Shown: one piece after another, positions 37,432 through 42,391 of the stretch
How positions within the stretch are numbered: position 1 is the stretch's first letter
Layout: each line of letters begins with the position of its first letter
Virus record (IMG/VR): IMGVR_UViG_3300037424_001472
Location: 1 to 42,391 of that record
From: a virus
Taxonomy: Duplodnaviria; Caudoviricetes
Reading direction: 5' to 3' (one strand)
DNA: 42,391 nt
Translations under genes and position numbers: made by a program
The notes under the pieces: generated by a model
Seen by the model: the letters and a program-made list of their open reading frames with translations, nothing else
Told to the model about the DNA's origin: nothing
Database searches by the model: none

Positions 37432-37599
37432 ATGGATAATAACGAAGAAATCTATAGACTCGTGGGAAAATTAGTTCTTGATGCCCATTTTTCTAATTTA
37501 GGATTGAATGCTAGAATAAAAGAGTTGTATAGCGAAAATTCTAAATTGCAAGAACAATTAAGGATAATCCAGGAATTACAAGGCAATGAACCACAATGA
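37432..37599 (+). CDS. Small coiled-coil protein (55 aa), below the ORF-track cutoff
   Basis: MDNNEEIYRLVGKLVLDAHFSNLGLNARIKELYSENSKLQEQLRIIQELQGNEPQ*; AAGGA RBS; overlaps the next start. Confidence 0.55.
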   Translation: MDNNEEIYRLVGKLVLDAHFSNLGLNARIKELYSENSKLQEQLRIIQELQGNEPQ

Positions 37600-38584
37600 G
37601 TACCATCTATATAAAATCATATCAGGTAAAACCAAACTAAAAATTGGGAATCAGGAATTCGAGGTTTTACCACCTTCTTATGATGCCTTATACGAGGCCG
37701 CAGATATTTATAAGCGAACTTATAGTCGCGGATATCTATATGGGGCTCTTTCTCGTATTGAAATGATAGATTATATGACAGATAGGGGATTATGGTCTAT
37801 AGAAAAGGAGGTGGAATTAGAAAAATTACCCGACCAAATTAATAATGCTAGGGCCGACTTATATGATTCCTACACTAAATTTCAAGATTTAACAAATAAA
37901 CGAAAAGTTATCAAATTTTTAGACGATAGATATAATGATTTGTGGCAACAAAAACAGACTTTTGATAGATTTACAATTGATGGCATATCTTATTACCATA
38001 AACTTTGCTTTTTAATTTGTGCTGGAGCCAACGTAGATTATAATAATCCTGCGGTTAGCTTAAATAAATTATATTTAGGTTTTATGAACGAACTAATAAA
38101 CGATTCTACAATAAGAGCTATTTCTCGTGATAATGAATGGAGGCAACATTGGAGAGCTATAAAGTTAGGTCATAAATTATTTGGGGATATTTTAACACGA
38201 GAACAGCATTCCTTAATTAGTTGGTCGCAATTTTATGATAATATTAATGAAAGTTCAGAAGCACCTCCTGACGAAATAATGGATGATGATGACCTAATTG
38301 ATGGGTGGTGTGTGGTGCAACGGAAAAAACGAAAGGAGGAAGATAAAAGGAAACTTATGGACAGGTATGGTGACGCTGGTGAAATATTTATTCCTGTATC
38401 CAATCCGGAACAAGCCGCTAAAATTAATGAATTGAATGACGGTTCAGCCCGAATGATAAAAAGACAGCGTGAAATGATTATACAGAAAAAGGGTTCTGTG
38501 TTAGAACAGGATATGCCGGATGCTAAACAGCTTATAAAACAGCAGGCTATGCAGGGAATAAAAGATAGAGCACATAAAAGATAA
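37586..38584 (+). CDS. Hypothetical protein, possible tail assembly chaperone
   Basis: 332 aa, between the tube and tape-measure genes. Confidence 0.6.
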   Translation: MNHNEYHLYKIISGKTKLKIGNQEFEVLPPSYDALYEAADIYKRTYSRGYLYGALSRIEMIDYMTDRGLWSIEKEVELEKLPDQINNARADLYDSYTKFQDLTNKRKVIKFLDDRYNDLWQQKQTFDRFTIDGISYYHKLCFLICAGANVDYNNPAVSLNKLYLGFMNELINDSTIRAISRDNEWRQHWRAIKLGHKLFGDILTREQHSLISWSQFYDNINESSEAPPDEIMDDDDLIDGWCVVQRKKRKEEDKRKLMDRYGDAGEIFIPVSNPEQAAKINELNDGSARMIKRQREMIIQKKGSVLEQDMPDAKQLIKQQAMQGIKDRAHKR

Positions 38585-38608
38585 TCTTATAAAAAAAAGG
38601 ATAAAAAA

Positions 38609-38956
38609 ATGGATATTACAAAACAACAATTAGACAAAATAAAAGAAGGACGAAGACAAAAATATTTAGATAATTGTAGAAAAAGATTATCTGATATCGC
38701 TGAGTCTAAGATGAAAACCACTTTTATTGGTGCTTTAGACGCCTTTGAAAAGGAATTTGGCGATTTATGGGCGTCTGGTATTAATGAAGAAGAAAAAACC
38801 AAAGAAGAATTAGAATGGTTTAATACATGGCAGGAAGTTAGAACGATTATATTAAATAATGGAAATAACCAATTACGAACTTTACTCAACGAAATAGCCA
38901 ATCATGTAGTTGAGTGGAATAGATATACAACAACTTTTTACCCAATTAAGGATTAG
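38609..38956 (+). CDS. Hypothetical protein (115 aa)
   Basis: AAGGA RBS; helical. Confidence 0.65.
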   Translation: MDITKQQLDKIKEGRRQKYLDNCRKRLSDIAESKMKTTFIGALDAFEKEFGDLWASGINEEEKTKEELEWFNTWQEVRTIILNNGNNQLRTLLNEIANHVVEWNRYTTTFYPIKD

Positions 38957-38968
38957 TAGGAGATTAAA

Positions 38969-39787
38969 ATGAAGAAAGTATTTACAGTAGACGGAAAAGA
39001 ATACGCGGTTTTAGAACCCACATCTGTTATTCGTCGGGAATCGCAAACATTACATAGCAAGATTTTTGGAAAATGCTTGAAGGATGTGGATATTCTCACG
39101 CGGGCTCAATTAGAGGAAAGTATTAAAAATAGAAATGCTTGGGATAGAGCTAAAATTGAAGAAAAGGATAGAGTGGAGAAAGAGTTATTTGAGAAGGTTA
39201 AAAAACTGAATTCTGGCGGTATTCGGTTATCTGAAGCAGAGTCTTTGGCATTAGAGATTGCCGATTTAAGAAATAAAATGAGAGAATTAGTGTATGAATA
39301 CAATCAATATGACAGTTATACTGTAGAAGCTCGTGCGGATGAAGCCGCCACCGATTATTTGGTGTGTAATTGTTTGGTTGATAATGAAAAGGGTGAAAAA
39401 GTCTATAAAACCATGGATGAATATATTGAAAATAAAGATAGTGAAATTGCCATTATGGCGGCTATGAAGATGATGGAAATTGAATATGGAACTATTGAGG
39501 AGATTTATAGTAAAATGCCCGAAAATACCTTTCTTATTGAATATGGCTTTATGGATGAAGAACTAAACTTTATTAATAAAGATGGCAAAATCACCGATAG
39601 AGAAGGCAGACTAATTGATAAAGATGGCAGATATATTAACGAAGAAGGGAAGTTTGTAGACAAAGACGGTAATCTTATTGCTGAAAAACAACCATTCTTG
39701 GATGATGAAGATAAACCAATAGAAAAACTATCTAACGAAAACCAAACTGAAGAAAAACCCGCCACTGAAGAGATTAAAACAGAATAG
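38969..39787 (+). CDS. Possible tail assembly chaperone with 7-aa (D/N)xxG repeats
   Basis: AGGAG RBS; INKDGKI-TDREGRL-IDKDGRY-INEEGKF-VDKDGNL; directly upstream of the tape measure. Confidence 0.6.
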   Translation: MKKVFTVDGKEYAVLEPTSVIRRESQTLHSKIFGKCLKDVDILTRAQLEESIKNRNAWDRAKIEEKDRVEKELFEKVKKLNSGGIRLSEAESLALEIADLRNKMRELVYEYNQYDSYTVEARADEAATDYLVCNCLVDNEKGEKVYKTMDEYIENKDSEIAIMAAMKMMEIEYGTIEEIYSKMPENTFLIEYGFMDEELNFINKDGKITDREGRLIDKDGRYINEEGKFVDKDGNLIAEKQPFLDDEDKPIEKLSNENQTEEKPATEEIKTE

Positions 39788-39899
39788 AGGTGTATAAAGT
39801 AATATAGTTGTATAAACTAATATAGTGGGGTTATAGCACATTATTCATATTCATCTTCCCTTTTAATCTTTTCGTAGAAAAGCAGAGAACCAAAAAACT

Positions 39900-42391
39900 A
39901 TGGATAATTCATATCGCGTAATATATAAATTAGAAGCTGATGATAAAGCTATGCGTTCTACTATAAAACGCTTGCAAGCTTTTATGCAGACTTCTACACC
40001 GAGAATGAATATTACTATAGATCCCAAAGCTGTAACTGGCTTGAATAATATGCAAAAAGGCATCACAAACGTTGGTGTTGCCGCAAAAAAAGGAGAGCGT
40101 CAATTAATTAGTTTGGGGCACGCCACTGCTTTAGCCGCCACAAGATTTGCTGCATTTAGTTTAGCAGCCAGTCCACTATATTTGATGGTTAGAGCTGTTA
40201 GTAGTGCTACCAAAGAAATGATTTCGTTTGATAGACAGATGGTAAGAATTGGGCAAATTGTTGGAACAAACCATAGAAATTTAGTTGATTTAAATAAGCA
40301 GATTTCTAGCTTATCTGTAAATTGGGGTGTTAGTTCTGCAAGTTTGGTGGACGCTGCTCGTATTTTAGCACAAACTGGTAAAACAGCAAATGAAGTTAAG
40401 ATAGCTTTAGATGTATTAGCTAAAACCACATTAACCCCTACATTTGGTGATATAACTAAAACCACTGAGGGTGCTATTGCTATTATGAACCAGTTTGGGA
40501 CTTCGGTATATGATTTGAAAGAACAATTGAGCGATATTAATACTGTTGCTAAACTATTTCCGGTTGAAGCTGAAGATATTATTACGGCAGTTAGAAAGGC
40601 TGGTGGTGTTTTTTCAACGACAGGTGGTAACTTACAACAATTAATTGGTTTGTTTACTTCTGTTAGAGCTACAACTCGTGAATCTGCCGAAACCATCGGT
40701 ACTGGTTTTAGAACAATTTTTGCTCGTTTAGAAAGAACTAGAACAAAGAATATTTTTGCGAGTTTAGGTATTGATTTGAGAAGTGCTAAGGATGGATATG
40801 AAGCTATTGGTAAAATTGTTGAAGGAATTAAAAGATTGGAAAGTTTGGGTAAGGCTGGTGAACCGGGAATAGCTATTATTAGGGAAGAATTGGGTGGTTT
40901 ACGACAAATCGCCAAAGTTATTCCTTTACTAACTAAATATACCGACGCTCAAAAGATTTTTGGATTAATTAAAGATAAAAATAATGATAGTATTGAGAAG
41001 GATGCTATTCAAGCACAAGATGCATTACAGGTTCAATTGGAAAAAACAAAACAGGCTTGGCTGTCATTTACTCGTGCTGTTGCTGAAGATTCTGGAATTA
41101 GATTTATTGTTACATCAATATTGAGCTTAACACAAAGTATTCTTAAGGTAGCGGAAGCATTAAAATCTGTCGTGCCTTATTTATTAATGTTTGCGGCTAT
41201 AAAAGGAATTAAACCGGGTGTTGGGTTTTTAGGAGAAGTTAAAAAGGGTTTAGGCGAAAGATTTGGTAGAGTACCATTAAATAGAGGCGGAAGTCCTCGC
41301 ATTTCAACCGTTTTAACTCCAGGCGAAGTGGTTGTGTCTCCACCACAAACAGATACTATTGGAAAACATAAATTAGAGTTATTAAATAGCGTTGGTCGTA
41401 GTGGCGTTGTTCCTGGAATTGGTAATAGAGATACTTTTCCAGCCGATTTATTACCTGGATCTTTCGTTATTAACGCTGTTAGTTCTAAAAAATTAGGATT
41501 AGCTAATAAAGGCGGAAGGATTGGTTTAAATCAGGGGGGAAGAGTTGGTTTGCAGCATGGTGGAACTCCAGAAGAAGCGTTATTAAAATACGCCAAACAG
41601 AAAGCGAGTGATTATGGTAGAGCTGCGGGTCCAGGTGGAGACCCTAGTACAATTATGCTTCCTGGACCGAAATATAGTACAACTAAATTATCGATTCGTC
41701 CAGTTAATAGAGCCAAGATTGGAATTACTGCACTAAACGCATTGGGTCCTGGGGGAGATCCTAGCACAATTATGCTTCCTGACAGGGCTCAACAAGAAGC
41801 CAAAAAACAAAGAGAAGAAGATGCTGCAAAAAAAAGATTTGAAGAAGCAGAGCAACGTAGATCTAAAATTGAGGCAGAGCGAGCACAATTTGAAAAACAA
41901 CAAGCTACTATAGAAAAATCTAAAAGACGCAACAGAGAGCGAGTTGCTAAGAATTTAGTTTATAAAGAATCGCGAGCGAGTTTTAGAGAGGCTGCTACTA
42001 CTAGTTCTGACGCGTTAGATGAAAAAATTCTTGAATCATTCGGTAAGTATTCAGCACCCGCCAAAAAAACTACTAAAGGAATAACAGTTATAGATATTGT
42101 AGGTGGAAAAGCACAAAGACGGAATAAAGGTGCTGCAATAAAATCAACAACATCTTATATACCACAAAAATTTATTGACGAAACTTTAGTTGATAGATCG
42201 AATTTAACGACAAAAGATTATATTAATAGAGTTAAAGCTTATAATAATAGAATTGAACAAGGAGCAAAAATACAAGATAAGGTTAATAAAATTCCTCCTG
42301 GTGGTGGTCCTCCTGGTGGTGGTCCTCCTGGTGGTGGTCCTCCTGGTGGTGGTCCTCCTGGTGGTGGTCCTCCTGGTGGTGGTCCTCCTGG
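39900..42391 (+). CDS. Tail tape measure protein (TP901-like), 3' truncated; missing from the ORF track because it has no stop
   Basis: MDNSYRVIYKLE...SFDRQMVRIGQI...GVSSASLVDAARILAQTG...; GVVPGIGNRDTFPADLLPGSFVIN motif; the same frame is open at the start, mid-gene and window end in the stretches translated. Confidence 0.9.
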   Translation, partial: MDNSYRVIYKLEADDKAMRSTIKRLQAFMQTSTPRMNITIDPKAVTGLNNMQKGITNVGVAAKKGERQLISLGHATALAATRFAAFSLAASPLYLMVRAVSSATKEMISFDRQMVRIGQIVGTNHRNLVDLNKQISSLSVNWGVSSASLVDAARILAQTGKTANEVKIALDVLAKTTLTPTFGDITKTTEGAIAIMNQFGTSVYDLKEQLSDINTVAKLFPVEAEDIITAVRKAGGVFSTTGGNLQQLIGLFTSVRATTRESAETIGTGFRTIFARLERTRTKNIFASLGIDLRSAKDGYEAIGKIVEGIKRLESLGKAGEPGIAIIREELGGLRQIAKVIPLLTKYTDAQKIFGLIKDKNNDSIEKDAIQAQDALQVQLEKTKQAWLSFTRAVAEDSGIRFIVTSILSLTQSILKVAEALKSVVPYLLMFAAIKGIKPGVGFLGEVKKGLGERFGRVPLNRGGSPRISTVLTPGEVVVSPPQTDTIGKHKLELLNSVGRSGVVPGIGNRDTFPADLLPGSFVINAVSSKKLGLANKGGRIGLNQGGRVGLQHGGTPEEALLKYAKQKASDYGRAAGPGGDPSTIMLPGPKYSTTKLSIRPVNRAKIGITALNALGPGGDPSTIMLPDRAQQEAKKQREEDAAKKRFEEAEQRRSKIEAERAQFEKQQATIEKSKRRNRERVAKNLVYKESRASFREAATTSSDALDEKILESFGKYSAPAKKTTKGITVIDIVGGKAQRRNKGAAIKSTTSYIPQKFIDETLVDRSNLTTKDYINRVKAYNNRIEQGAKIQDKVNKIPPGGGPPGGGPPGGGPPGGGPPGGGPPGGGPP
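42294..42391 (+). repeat. Perfect 15-bp tandem repeat (CCTCCTGGTGGTGGT) encoding PPGGG
   Basis: 6.5 units, in frame with the tape measure, running off the window end. Confidence 0.95.

Noticed and set aside
37586-39787. Programmed frameshift in the tail chaperone genes
   Set aside because: No convincing slippery heptamer near a gene end with an overlapping downstream frame; 38609 and 38969 have their own RBSs.
40100-40915. 271-aa minus-strand ORF (and other minus-strand ORFs in the late arm)
   Set aside because: Antisense to the tape-measure frame starting at 39900, or to other well-supported structural genes.
1-42391. tRNA/rRNA genes, integrase, reverse transcriptase or diversity-generating retroelement
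   Set aside because: No cloverleaf or T-loop consensus, recombinase or RT motifs seen; the 125-bp repeat pair is non-coding and lacks adenine-specific variation.

Overview
The window is a 42.4-kb segment of a large, AT-rich tailed dsDNA phage (Caudoviricetes). No tail sheath is visible, so it is probably siphovirus-like; the host cannot be determined from this window. It has two divergent arms. The left arm (1-11.1 kb, almost all minus strand) holds about four small transcription units of unknown early-type genes, each with its own promoter or leader and mostly an intrinsic terminator. These units are separated by long AT-rich spacers full of oriented repeats, and the arm also carries three HNH-type endonuclease genes, one an apparent GIY-YIG/HNH fusion. 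The right arm (11.7-42.4 kb, plus strand) is the late module: sigma-like factor, coiled-coil protein, GDP-mannose 4,6-dehydratase, ERCC4 nuclease, terminase large subunit, portal, protease/scaffold, decoration protein and major capsid protein. It continues with a Cys-repeat Vsr-like endonuclease, a block of glycan-binding or glycan-degrading virion proteins (two with GC-rich swapped domains), neck and tail genes, and a tape-measure gene truncated in a (PPGGG)n repeat. The most unusual signals are non-coding: about 19 same-strand ATTAAATT motifs, a dispersed AATTAAAAAGGA...TATGGGGAAA element, three TAAGT-N15-ACTTA palindromes, an attenuator-like leader on an HNH gene, and structured leaders in the early modules. 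There is also a possible link between Gmd and Ser-Gly-rich virion proteins (glycosylation). All protein calls come from motif recognition and gene order only; no searches were run.
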